Made by a program: the position numbers and the translations under genes. A stretch of DNA of 63,006 bases, counting the filler, from Octopus bimaculoides (taxonomy: Eukaryota), in NCBI RefSeq assembly GCF_001194135.2. It is 7 parts of 7 records of this genome, joined end to end, with 100 filler letters (N's around TTAATTAATTAA, not from the genome) between each part and the next. Parts side by side here need not be neighbours in the genome. Positions count along the whole stretch, not along the records: positions 12,528 to 42,048 come from NC_068988.1; 6 more parts are not named here. The stretch is one strand, 5' to 3'. Numbering within the stretch: the first letter of the stretch is position 1; each line of letters begins with the position of its first letter. Positions 27,775 to 38,437 of this stretch are shown here, in pieces. The notes under the pieces were generated by a model. It had not been told where the DNA came from. It was given only the letters and a program-made list of their open reading frames with translations, and did no database searches.

Positions 27775-28215
27775 TACTCTTTACTCTTTTACTTGTTTCA
27801 GTCATTTGACTGTGGCCATACTGGAGCACCACCTTTAGTCGAGGAAATCGACCCCAGGACTTATTCTTTGTAAGCCTAGTACTTATTCTATTGGTCTCTT
27901 TTGCCGAACCGTTAAGTTACGGGGACGTAAACACACCAGCATCGGTTGTCAAGTGATGTTGGGGGGACAAACACAGACACACAAACATAAACACACGCAC
28001 ACACACACACACACACATATATACATATATACGACGAGCTTCTTTCAGTTTCCGTCTACCAAATCCATTCACAAAGCTTTGGTCGGCCCAAGGCTATAGT
28101 AGAAGACACTTGCCCAAGGCTATAGTAGAAGACACTTGCCCAAGATGCCATGCAGTGGGACTGAACCCGGAACCATATGGTTCGTAAGCAAGCTACTTAC
28201 CACACAGCCACTCCT
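27775..28215 (-). mobile_element. Full-length family B SINE (tRNA head, microsatellite spacer, tail)
   Basis: Head ends ..ACCACACAGCCACTCCTACGCCT at 28215-28220; tail TACTCTTTTACTTGTTTCAGTCATTTGACTG at 27775; internal 26-bp tandem duplication at 28087-28143. Confidence 0.9.
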
Positions 28216-28239
28216 ACGCCTAACATACAACACACATAG

Positions 28240-28670
28240 GTGCAATCATAGCTGTGTGGTTAAGAAGCTTGCTTCTCAACTTTGTGGCTTTGGGTTCACT
28301 TTCACTGTGCAGTACCTCAGTCAAGAGTCTTCTACTATAGCCCTAGGCTGATCAAAGCCTTGTGGGTGTATTTGGTAGGGAGAAACTGAAAGAAACCTGT
28401 CATATAACAAATACAGATCATAAACAGACACACGTGTGTGCACACACACATATATAAATGTATGTGTGTTCTTGTTTGTGTTTGTCACCCACCACTGCTT
28501 AACAACTGTGCTGATTTGATTTTGTACTTATAACTTAGCAGTTCAGCAAAAGAGGCTGATAGAATAAGTATCACACTTTAAAAGAATAAGTACAGGAGTC
28601 AATTTATTTGGCTAAACTGTTTAAGGTGGTGCCCCAGCATGGCTACAGCCCAGTGACTGAAACAAGTTAA
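28240..28670 (+). mobile_element. Full-length family B SINE, head-to-head with the preceding copy
   Basis: GCTGTGTGGTTAAGAAGCTTGCTTC head; tail CCAGCATGGCTACAG..GACTGAAACAAGT. Confidence 0.85.
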
Positions 28671-28811
28671 AATAGACACTGTATAGTCTGAGTCATAAAA
28701 CATTAGTGATCATTCTGTCATATGTAATAAATATTGCAATATAATAATTTAAATAAAATAATTCAAGATGCAAAAGTATTTGAATTAGGAGAATCTTTGA
28801 AGTAGACTTAC

Positions 28812-28903
28812 CTTCATTTCAACAGCTCCACGCAATTCTAAATCAAAAGTTCCAAATATGTCTAAAACAGATTTTGTATGCGGACTCACATGAATTTTCA
28901 AAG
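28812..28903 (-). CDS. Receptor-type guanylyl cyclase, penultimate coding exon
   Basis: aattttcag|CT TTG...AAG|gtaagt, 92 nt; (P)[30 protein letters not shown]; phases match both neighbours. Confidence 0.95.
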
Positions 28904-29009
28904 CTGAAAATTAATTTAAAATAATTTCTTAGTTATGTAAAAATAGATATAATAACTTTTAAAAAAATAGCAATAACTTGTTTGAATTTTGACTTTTAAC
29001 CTGTGGCAA

Positions 29010-29410
29010 TAAAATGAGACATGTTTGGAGTTATCTCCCATAAGGACTGGCTCCTGTGCAGGTGACAAATAAAATACACCATTCTGAGCGTGGCCATTGC
29101 AAGTAAGACATTTGAGCGAGATCGTTGCCAGTGCTGATGGACTGGCTCCTGTGCAGGTGGCACGTAAAATACACTATTTTGTGCATGGCCGTTGCCAGTA
29201 CCACCTGACTGGCCTTCGTGCCGGTGGCACGTAAAAGCACCCACTACACTCTCGGAGTGGTTGGCGTTAGGAATGGCGTCCAGCTGTAGAAACTCTGCCA
29301 CATCAGATTGGAGCCTGGTGTAGCCACCTGGTCCACCAGTCCTCAGTCAAATCGTCCAACCCATGATAGCATGGAAAGCGGACATTAAACGACGATGATG
29401 ATGATGATGA
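29010..29410 (+). mobile_element. Family A SINE-like repeat
   Basis: Internal GACTGGCTCCTGTGCAGGTGGCACGTAAAA sub-repeats, GGAGTGGTTGGCGTTAGGAA..CATCCAGCTGTAGAAAC, (GAT)n tail. Confidence 0.88.
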
Positions 29411-30429
29411 ATTGATCATCCCACCTCATCCCCAGCACATAAATTACGCTGTGTAACAAAATTTTAATTCTCTTTTTGTCATTGGTTAGTGTTATTTCCT
29501 ATTTGCTTCTATTTAGAAATCGAAGGAAATGACTACCATTCCCTACAAACTTTGCTTTTCTGACCTGGACATCAATATTTTGAAACTGACCTATTTTCCA
29601 TTACATTTCAAGCAGATTCAGCACTGAGTTGCTGAAGCAGAAATATTGTTATAGCAAACATTCTGCTCAATACCAGATTTGCTTGTCAGTTGCTTGGCCT
29701 TAACCACTTGAGCATGTTCCTTAGTGGTTAACAATATGTGCACCTCTGATCATGAGCAGGAGTAGTAGGGAAGCATCATAGCCATGTGCTGAGAGCGATT
29801 CTTTCAGGTTCAAAAAAATATCATAACAAAAGCAAAACTTGAAAGAAATATTAGCCATTTTTCATACTTTCTAGGGGTATCCATTCAGTAAATAACAGTT
29901 GCTACCCAGGGACAAATATCATGTTACACAGTGTTATCTTGTTTCTAAACAATTCTGTTTTCTATGTCACTTGCTTTAATACCTCTACAACATAGAATTT
30001 AGCTGCCTTTAGTGAAATCTGAGTTTCCTGGTCAATAACTTCCTCCCTTCTTCACCCCGGTCAAAGAATCCCTGAAATAATCCATGAGAGCTATTCTTTA
30101 AAGTAGATTTAAAGAATAATTCATGGGAGTTATTCTTCTTCCTGACAAAGACATTAAAAATAAATGAATAACTTTGTATATACACATAGTGGGTCATTAA
30201 TCATTAGGTAAGTGGATGCTGTGCTTTTTTGATGAAGTTAGAACAAGCCGGATACTACTCATCACTCGTCTTTCATATTTACCAGAAAACTGAAAACACT
30301 ATTGAATAGTATCACTCTATTCTCACCACTCATTTATTTATAATCATTACTGTAATATTCCCTGTATTAGATATGTTAACATTAACACAAATATCTATCT
30401 ATTTGTTGAACTACATTTATCTAAGAGTT

Positions 30430-30780
30430 AGTCTTCTGAAGGAGCAACAGACAATGAGAAATCTTCACCCAACATGGTTACAACCTCTTTTGTGAACCTC
30501 CTCCTAGGCCAGCACACCCAGTCTGTCAGGACCTACTTCTCAGTCCTCAACCTAATCTCAATAGATCTGTATCACCTTCTATGCTTCCACCTGTCTTTGG
30601 CTTCCACTTGAGAGAAGCTCTCACCGGTTTCTTCATAGGCATGTGCAGCACATAATCAAACATTTGCTATCTTTCAGTGATTGTTTCACATATGCTTCCC
30701 AGCATGACATTTCCCTGACTTAGTAGCATGGCTTCTGTTGAATTTTGAAACACCTTACTCAGGTTTCCCATTTTAGGGCC
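30430..30780 (-). mobile_element. Degenerate RTE LINE 3' fragment
   Basis: ETITERQQMFDYVLHMPMKKPVRASLKWKP resembles RTE post-RT I..R.L...GHVLR....P....L.W.P. Confidence 0.5.
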
Positions 30781-30944
30781 ACAGCCTAATTACATTGCCA
30801 TAAAAAGCAAAACTAGCAATGAGAAATTAACTGCCTCACCATAAAAGGCCTATGTGAACATGATTTATCAAATAAGATTGGCTGGTGTGTAACCAAATAA
30901 GTGGTAGACTGGAAAGTAAATGTTGCAAATTTTCCCACCAAAAA

Positions 30945-30991
30945 TTATAAGACCTGAACTTTCAGTCTTATTCTGACCTCATCAGTTACAA
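30945..30991 (-). ncRNA. Minimal type I hammerhead ribozyme motif (Penelope-like), slightly decayed
   Basis: Minus strand TTGTAA-CTGATGA-GGTC-AGAATAA-GACT-GAAA-GTTCAGG-TC-TTATAA: full core, stem II 4 bp, stem I 6 bp, UC cleavage site. Confidence 0.65.
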
Positions 30992-31029
30992 GGAAGATCC
31001 ATCAAGCTGATTGAAATCATAGTTATGGT

Positions 31030-31395
31030 GGATACTGGTGTCATGCAACTGGCACCTGTGCCAGTGGCACGTAAAAGCACCCATTACACCCTCAAAGTGG
31101 TTGGTGTTAGGAAGGGCATCCAGCTGTAGAAACCATGCCAAATCAGACTGGAACCTGGTGTAACCCCTCAGCCTAACAGCCCTGGTTAAACCATCCAGCC
31201 TGTTCCAGCATGGACAATGGACATTAAGTGATGATGGGCAACACCAGGCTCCAATCTAATTTAGCTGTAGAAACTCTGCCAAATTAGATCGGAGCCTGGT
31301 GTTGCCATCCGGTTTCACCAGTCCTCAGTCAAATCGTCCAACCCATGCTAGCATGGAAAGCGGACGTTAAACGATGATGATGATGATGATGATGT
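31030..31395 (+). mobile_element. Two adjacent family A repeat copies, the second with a 5' inversion
   Basis: Same motifs as 29010-29410; 26-bp inverted repeat 31237-31262 and 31281-31306. Confidence 0.8.
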
Positions 31396-31919
31396 ATGTA
31401 TAGTGTTTACTAGGGATTGAACCAATAGGTTACCTAGTAATTCTTTCAAATATTGGCATGAGACAAATAATTTTGGTGGGAGGAGATTAGTCAATTTCAT
31501 GAACCTCAGCACACGTCTGATACTTATCTAATTGATCTCTATTTACTCCAAAAGGATGAAAGGTAAAGTTGACCTTGGCAGAGTTTGAACTCAGAATGTA
31601 ACGTAATGCGGCAGAAAGAATTTTGTCTGATATGCTAATGGTTCTGCAAGTCTACCACTTTAGGACACCAAGTAATTACCACTTCCAAAATATATTTAAG
31701 AAAAAGTGAAACATAAATCATCCATAATGTATGCTACTTCTAGCAAATCATTTTCAATTGTAGGCTCTTGGTGTTAGGTAGAGTATCCAGCCATAAAAAC
31801 ACTGCCAAAACAGACAGTGAAGCCTGGCGCAGTCTTCTGCCTAGCTAGCCCCTGTAAAACCGTCCAACACATGCCAGCATGGAAAACAGACATTAAATGA
31901 CAATGATGATGATGATGAC

Positions 31920-32290
31920 TGTGTGGCTAATAAACTTGGTTTGCAAACCATGTGGCTTTTGGTTCAGTTCCACTGTGTTGGACTCAGCAAGTTTCTTCTG
32001 CTATAGCTCAACGCTGACCAATACCTTGTCAGTGGATTTGGTAGATGGAGACTGTGTGGAAGCCTATGGCATATGTGTGTGTGTCCTTGTGTTTGTTCGC
32101 ATCTCCCCTACTTGACAACCAGTGTTAATTACCTTTCATCCCAGTAACTTAGCAGTTCAGCAAAATAGACTGACAGGATAAGTACCAGGCTTTAAAAAAA
32201 AGTACTGGGATTAATTTGTTAAACTAAATCCTTCAAGGTAGTGCCCCAGCATGGCCACTGTTCAGTGAGAGAAACACGTAAATGATAAAA
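31920..32290 (+). mobile_element. Family B SINE, decayed, 85 bp from a cyclase exon
   Basis: Head CCATGTGGCTTTTGGTTCAGTTCCACTG; tail GTAACTTAGCAGTTCAGCAAAA..AATAAG..CCCCAGCATGGCC. Confidence 0.75.
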
Positions 32291-32374
32291 GATAAATACA
32301 AAATACAAATAATGAAGCAAATATATAAAAAAAAAAATAAAAAGCAATCAATAAAGTAGAATAAATTGTCTTAC

Positions 32375-32473
32375 GAAGTCCATTTGATTCCATCCTTGAG
32401 CAAGTATTCACTGTGTCTCCAAATAAACAATAGCGTGGCATTTTTAAGCCAACAACACCACTGCACACAGGTC
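32375..32473 (-). CDS. Receptor-type guanylyl cyclase, catalytic-domain exon
   Basis: gtcacttcag|GA CCT...CTT C|gtaag, 99 nt; [33 protein letters not shown]; Cys in RYCLFG is the guanine-specificity residue; catalytic Asn and Arg present. Confidence 0.97.
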
Positions 32474-32620
32474 CTGAAGTGACACAAACATATATTGATT
32501 GATTAACAAATAGACAATGATAGACATAAGAGTATCTTTTAAAACACATATTGAAGCTTTGTTTATAAAATCGTTGCTTTTTTTAGTTCTTTTTCTTATA
32601 ATTCCACCATTAAGTACACA

Positions 32621-32842
32621 TATGAGGGGGTGCTGAAAAGTTTCTGGCTTTAAGGGTATTGCAAAAGGCCTGGTTGGAGGCCCAACATTCTGAGCTCTTT
32701 TACAGGGCTTAGAAAAACTGAAGGACCACTGCTATGAGTGTGTCAATCTGAGAGTGAAATATATTGAATAACATCATAATTAACTGATTCTCCTGTATTT
32801 TATTTTTACCCTAAGCCAGGAACTTTTCAGTACACCCTTGTA
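32621..32842. mobile_element. Mariner-type MITE
   Basis: TA-TGAGGGGGTGCTGAAAAGTTTCTGGCTT vs reverse complement TA-CAAGGGTGTACTGAAAAGTTCCTGGCTT; second copy (left part) at 58995-59172. Confidence 0.8.
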
Positions 32843-32843
32843 T

Positions 32844-33205
32844 TTGTTGGCACTCCGTCGCTTACGACGTCGAGGGTTCCAGTTGATCCGATCAACGGAA
32901 CAGCCTGCTCGTGAAATTAACATGCAAGTGGCTGAGCACTCCACAGACACGTGTACCCTTAACGTGGTTCTCGGGGATATTCAGCATGACACAGTTTGAC
33001 AAGGCTGGCCCTTTGAAATACAGGTACAACAGAAACAGGAAGAAAGAGTGAGAGAAAGTTGTGGTGAAAGCGTACAGCAGGGTTCGCCACCATCCCCTGC
33101 CAGAGCCTCGTGGAGCTTTAGGTGTTTTCGCTCAATAAACACTCACAACGCCCGGTCTGGGAATAGAAACCGCAATCCTATGATTGTGAGTCCGCTGCCC
33201 TAACC
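32844..33205 (-). mobile_element. Family C SINE, 5'-trimmed head, inserted at the MITE end
   Basis: Near-identical to 22012-22388; CACCCTTGTAT on both sides. Confidence 0.9.
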
Positions 33206-33459
33206 ACCCTTGTATATACAAATGCCACCCTTGTATATACAAATAGTAACAGACTCACGCATACAAACATATAGACAATAACACACATATGTGCAAAATC
33301 ACACGCACACACATATTTGCATCTTTATATATTTATACACTTGTTCAGATGACAGCATTCTGTAATGAAATGTTCCGTTTTCAAGATTTTGGACAAAGAG
33401 ACATTTTATTACAGAACACAATGTTGCTCATTTAGCGATGGTACATATGAAACTGGATG

Positions 33460-33770
33460 CACGATGGCCCAGTGGTTAGGGCAGCGGACTGGCGGTCAGA
33501 GGATCGCGGTTTCGATTCCCAGACCGGGCGTTGTGAGTGTTTATTGAGCGAAACACCTAAGCTCCACGAGGCTCCGGCAGTGGGTGGTGGCGACCCCTCT
33601 TGTGCTCTTTCACTCGCCCCCAACTTTCTCTCACTCTTTCTTCCTGTTTCTTGAGTAACGCTGCAATGGACTGGCGTCCCATCCAGCTGGGTGGGGGGAC
33701 ACATACGCCATAGAAACCGGGAAACTGGGCCCATGAGCCTGGCTAGGCTTTGAAAGGGCGATGTTTATCA
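33460..33770 (+). mobile_element. SINE sharing the family C head but with a different, V-domain-like 3' part
   Basis: A box TGGCCCAGTGG, B box GGTTTCGATTCC; matches family C to CTTCCTGTTTCT (33651), then GATGGACTGGCGTCCCATCCAG-like motif. Confidence 0.8.
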
Positions 33771-34458
33771 TTTTTTTACATATGAAACTGGATGCACGAT
33801 GGCCCAGTGGTTAGGGCAGCGGACTGGCGGTCAGAGGANNNNNNNNNNNNNNNNNNNNNNNNNNNNNNNNNNNNNNNNNNNNNNNNNNNNNNNNNNNNNN
33901 NNNNNNNNNNNNNNNNNNNNNNNNNNNNNNNNNNNNNNNNNNNNNNNNNNNNNNNNNNNNNNNNNNNNNNNNNNNNNNNNNNNNNNNNNNNNNNNNNNNN
34001 NNNNNNNNNNNNNNNNNNNNNNNNNNNNNNNNNNNNNNNNNNNNNNNNNNNNNNNNNNNNNNNNNNNNNNNNNNNNNNNNNNNNNNNNNNNNNNNNNNNN
34101 NNNNNNNNNNNNNNNNNNNNNNNNNNNNNNNNNNNNNNNNNNNNNNNNNNNNNNNNNNNNNNNNNNNNNNNNNNNNNNNNNNNNNNNNNNNNNNNNNNNN
34201 NNNNNNNNNNNNNNNNNNNNNNNNNNNNNNNNNNNNNNNNNNNNNNNNNNNNNNNNNNNNNNNNNNNNNNNNNNNNNNNNNNNNNNNNNNNNNNNNNNNN
34301 NNNNNNNNNNNNNNNNNNNNNTGATGTCAAAGCAACTTATGAGCATCATTAATTTATTTCTATTCTTTTATTATTTTACTTTAACTTTTACTGTTGCATT
34401 TCAAGTATCATATTGATAAATAGGATAGTGAGAGAAGGAAAGAACAAGAGAGAGGAGG

Positions 34459-34498
<40 letters not shown>

Positions 34499-34899
34499 GA
34501 GACAGACAGACAGGTACAAAGAGGCAGACATATAGACAATACTTAATGGATATGGATAAAAAGAAATTGAGAAATCATCACAATCATCATCATCGTCGTC
34601 ATCACAAGCATCATAACCATCATCATAATTCATTATCATAATCACAATCATCATCATCACGTTCATCATCACAATCACTACCACAAACACAACCACCACC
34701 ACCATCAGTTTCAATTATCATCATCATCACTGCTACCGTCACCAACCTCACTACCACCTCCATCATCATCATCATCATAGACTCTCTCTGCTACAGTATG
34801 TATCAGATGATGAAAGGAATGTGTCAGGTGGTGAGATATCATTCCAGCTCAAGATGACATGAGAAAATGACTAAAAAAGAAAATCAATGAAAATGATGG

Positions 34900-34935
<36 letters not shown>

Positions 34936-35139
34936 CGATGATGATGATGATGATGTTGATGATCATGATGACAATAACAAGGACAACGGTGATGATGATG
35001 GCAACGACGCAATTATAGTACTACCATCACATCATATCATCTTCGTCATCAATATAATGTACATTTATGGCAAGCTAACTTCATAATCATGCTACCATAC
35101 AGAAACATACAGAAACATACATACATACGTGTACACATG

Positions 35140-35195
<56 letters not shown>

Positions 35196-35859
35196 GTTGT
35201 AAGCATATAAAATGTGCAACAAGGTGGAAAAAAAGAGTACTCAAATNNNNNNNNNNNNNNNNNNNNNNNNNNNNNNNNNNNNNNNNNNNNNNNNNNNNNN
35301 NNNNNNNNNNNNNNNNNNNNNNNNNNNNNNNNNNNNNNNNNNNNNNNNNNNNNNNNNNNNNNNNNNNNNNNNNNNNNNNNNNNNNNNNNNNNNNNNNNNN
35401 NNNNNNNNNNNNNNNNNNNNNNNNNNNNNNNNNNNNNNNNNNNNNNNNNNNNNNNNNNNNNNNNNNNNNNNNNNNNNNNNNNNNNNNNNNNNNNNNNNNN
35501 NNNNNNNNNNNNNNNNNNNNNNNNNNNNNNNNNNNNNNNNNNNNNNNNNNNNNNNNNNNNNNNNNNNNNNNNNNNNNNNNNNNNNNNNNNNNNNNNNNNN
35601 NNNNNNNNNNNNNNNNNNNNNNNNNNNNNNNNNNNNNNNNNNNNNNNNNNNTATGCATATATATATGAAATAAAAGTGATATCTTAAATTCTAATCTTCA
35701 GTTTTTATTCTTCATACTCTACAACAGAAATGGAATTTGCAAACTGTCTATTTGAAACAAAACTTTCTTAGGTGCATTCTCTTCTTTTCTGATATTCAGG
35801 CAACTGCTATCCATAAAAGAGTTTCGTAAGATAAACACCTGAATGTAACTTACAAGATA

Positions 35860-36055
35860 TCATCATCATCATCATCATCGTTTAACGTCCGCTTTCCATG
35901 CTAGCATGGGTTGGACGATTTGACTGAGGACTGGTGAAACCGGATGGCAACACCAGGCTCCAATCTAATTTGGCAGAGTTTCTACAGCTGGATGCCCTTC
36001 CTAACGCCAACCACTCAGAGAGTGTAGTGGGTGCTTTTACGTGTCACCCGCACGT
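35860..36055 (-). mobile_element. Family A repeat, 3' part
   Basis: (CAT)n-CGTTTAACGTCCGCTTTCCATGCTAGCATGGGTTGGACG. Confidence 0.88.
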
Positions 36056-36249
36056 AAGATATATATATATAAAATACTATATATAGATATATACATATAG
36101 ACTAGACATAATAGATAATAATGAATTTATACAGAGCTCAAGTGCACTTCTACTCATCAGAAAAAATAACCAAAACTTCATGGACAGTGTATAGAATATG
36201 CACAATAAGTGAACGGTGAATAATTCTTAAAAAAAAAACACAGATGAGG

Positions 36250-36420
36250 GGGTCTGAAAGGCATCAGGTGTACTGTTGGTGAATTTCAGGAACCACAGAA
36301 GTTTCGAAGGATGTAGTGTCTCAGTAGTTAACAACTGATGCAGGTAGTTTATTCCATGCTTCATCAATTCTGAGTTTGAAAGTCATGGATGGTATATTGT
36401 TTTTTAATTCTGTAAGCATA
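36250..36420 (-). mobile_element. CR1/L2-like LINE C-terminal remnant
   Basis: RIDEAWNKLPASVV matches the RV...WN.LP..VV motif at the end of CR1-group ORF2. Confidence 0.6.
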
Positions 36421-36789
36421 TCTATGAATGTTAGATATATGGAAAAACATTCATGTACAGACTTACAAAATCAAAAAACAATGCAGCACTCAAGACTTTC
36501 AAAAACACATTCACACACACATCGTGCACCAGCATGACCGCAGCCACTTGGCTGAAACACATAAATAAATAAATAAATATAAATATATTAACAGTTTATA
36601 TCTTAATTATAAAAAATATGAAACCATTATTCTATGCAAATTTAGTTAATTTTGTCAAGCTCCCTTTTCAGTTTGTAAGATAGAAATTTAAATGTAATAA
36701 AATGTTTTAAAAGAAATTTAAAGTGCCTACACGATAACTGTACACCTACTTTTGGGCCACCCTGTATACACACACACACATATATATAA

Positions 36790-37270
36790 ATCGTGATGGC
36801 ACCTGTACCAGTAGAGCACTAAGAGCACCGTCCGAGCATGATCATTGCCAGAGCAGCTGTCTGACTTCCGTGCCAGTAGCATGTAAATAGCACCATTTAA
36901 GCGTGATCCTTACCAGTGTCACCTTACTGGCACTTGTGCCAGTGGCACATGAAAAAACATTCAAGCGAGGTCGTTCCCAGTGCCGCTGGACTGGCTCCCA
37001 TGCAGGTGGCATGTAAAATACACCATTTTGAGCATGGCCGTTGCCAGTACCACCTGACTGGCCTTCATGCTGGTGGCACGTCAAAGCATCCACTACACTC
37101 TCGGAGTGGTTGGCGCTAGGAAGGGCATCCAACTGTAGAAACTCTGCCAAATCAGATTGGAGCCTGGTGTAGCCACCTGGTTCGCCAGTCTTCAGTCAAA
37201 TCGTCCAACCCATGCTAGCATGGAAGGCGGACGTTAAACGATGATGATGATGATGATGATGATGATGATA
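36790..37270 (+). mobile_element. Family A repeat, long copy
   Basis: Matches 29010-29410 with extended 5' part and (GAT)n tail. Confidence 0.88.
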
Positions 37271-38014
37271 TATATATATGTATATATGGAGTACTGACAA
37301 TTCAGCTCTAGTTAATTCAGCACCTGTAATATATGTAATTTATTATTACATTATATTGGTGTTGGTTGTATATCTAAAACACTCACATGCAACCTACAAA
37401 CACAGCAATGCTGGACAAGACACTGTAAAGCTTTCAAAGTATGAACGAGCATATTCCGCCATAAAAAATATAGCTTCAGAATATCATGTCGACAAACTAG
37501 AATATTTGTGAGCTATTAGTTATCAAATTAAACTCCAAAAGTAGGAATTAAAGAATATAATTTAGCATTTTAAATTCTTTTTGTATTTTTTATCTTTACA
37601 TGTTTTTAAATAAATAATTGAAACTTTTCCTCTTTTTTTTCTTTTCATCCCCAAATAACCTTTACCTAAGTTCAATAAGATGCCCTGTGCTGAATTGTCA
37701 GGCGGTGAACTGTTGCATCATGATATATGCCCCTTTTGACATAATTCTAATTTGCCCCTTTTTTTTTCTTTCTTTATTTGTTTTCTGGTGTTTTCAACTT
37801 TCCAGCTTTTATATCTACTTCCATCTCACCTTTTCTCATATTTTCTCTTATTCTATTATCTTGTTTTAGTATGTATATGTCATGTGCGCACAGCCTGAAG
37901 ATTACATGAAGGCACCAGATGTGTTATAAAATGCTATACGTGTCATTTTCATTGCATGAAACTATTAGTGGCACATAAAAATACATACTGTGTTCATTAA
38001 ACAATATATATATA

Positions 38015-38370
38015 TATCATCATCATCATCGTTTAACGTCCACTTTCCATGCTAGCATGGGTTGGATGATTTGACTGAGAACTAGCAAGCGAGAAGGCTG
38101 CAACAGGCTCCAATTTGATCTGGCTGAGTTTCTACAGCTGGATACCATTCCTAATGCCAACCACTCCGAGAGTGTAGTGGTTGCTTTTACGTGCTACCGC
38201 ATGAGGGCCAGTCACACAGTACTGGCAATGGCCACGCTCAAAAAGGTGTTTTTTACGTGCCACCTGCACAGGAGCCAGTCCAGCGGCACTGGCAACGACC
38301 TCGCTCAAATGATTTTCTAACGTGCCACTAGCACGGAAACCAGACAGCTGCTCTGGCAATGAACACTGTC
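38015..38370 (-). mobile_element. Family A repeat
   Basis: Reverse-orientation match to 36790-37270. Confidence 0.85.
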
Positions 38371-38378
38371 TATCTATC

Positions 38379-38437
<59 letters not shown>

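Noticed and set aside
33462-33535. tRNA-like sequence with A and B boxes (also 22320-22388, 57885-57923)
   Set aside because: Continues into SINE body and lacks a proper acceptor stem: SINE head, not a tRNA gene
33440-33838. Repeated flank plus SINE head before a gap (similar pairs at 49190/50010 and 52350/53670)
   Set aside because: Each pair borders an N gap; cannot be told apart from assembly redundancy without reads
35815-35860. LHSG followed by GT, resembling the end of the missing cyclase exon
   Set aside because: Upstream codons read SCK rather than RIG, the donor is weak and a repeat tail abuts it
37661-37680. Second minus-strand TAG|GTAAAG ratchet-like site
   Set aside because: Weak pyrimidine tract and donor; expected by chance in AT-rich DNA
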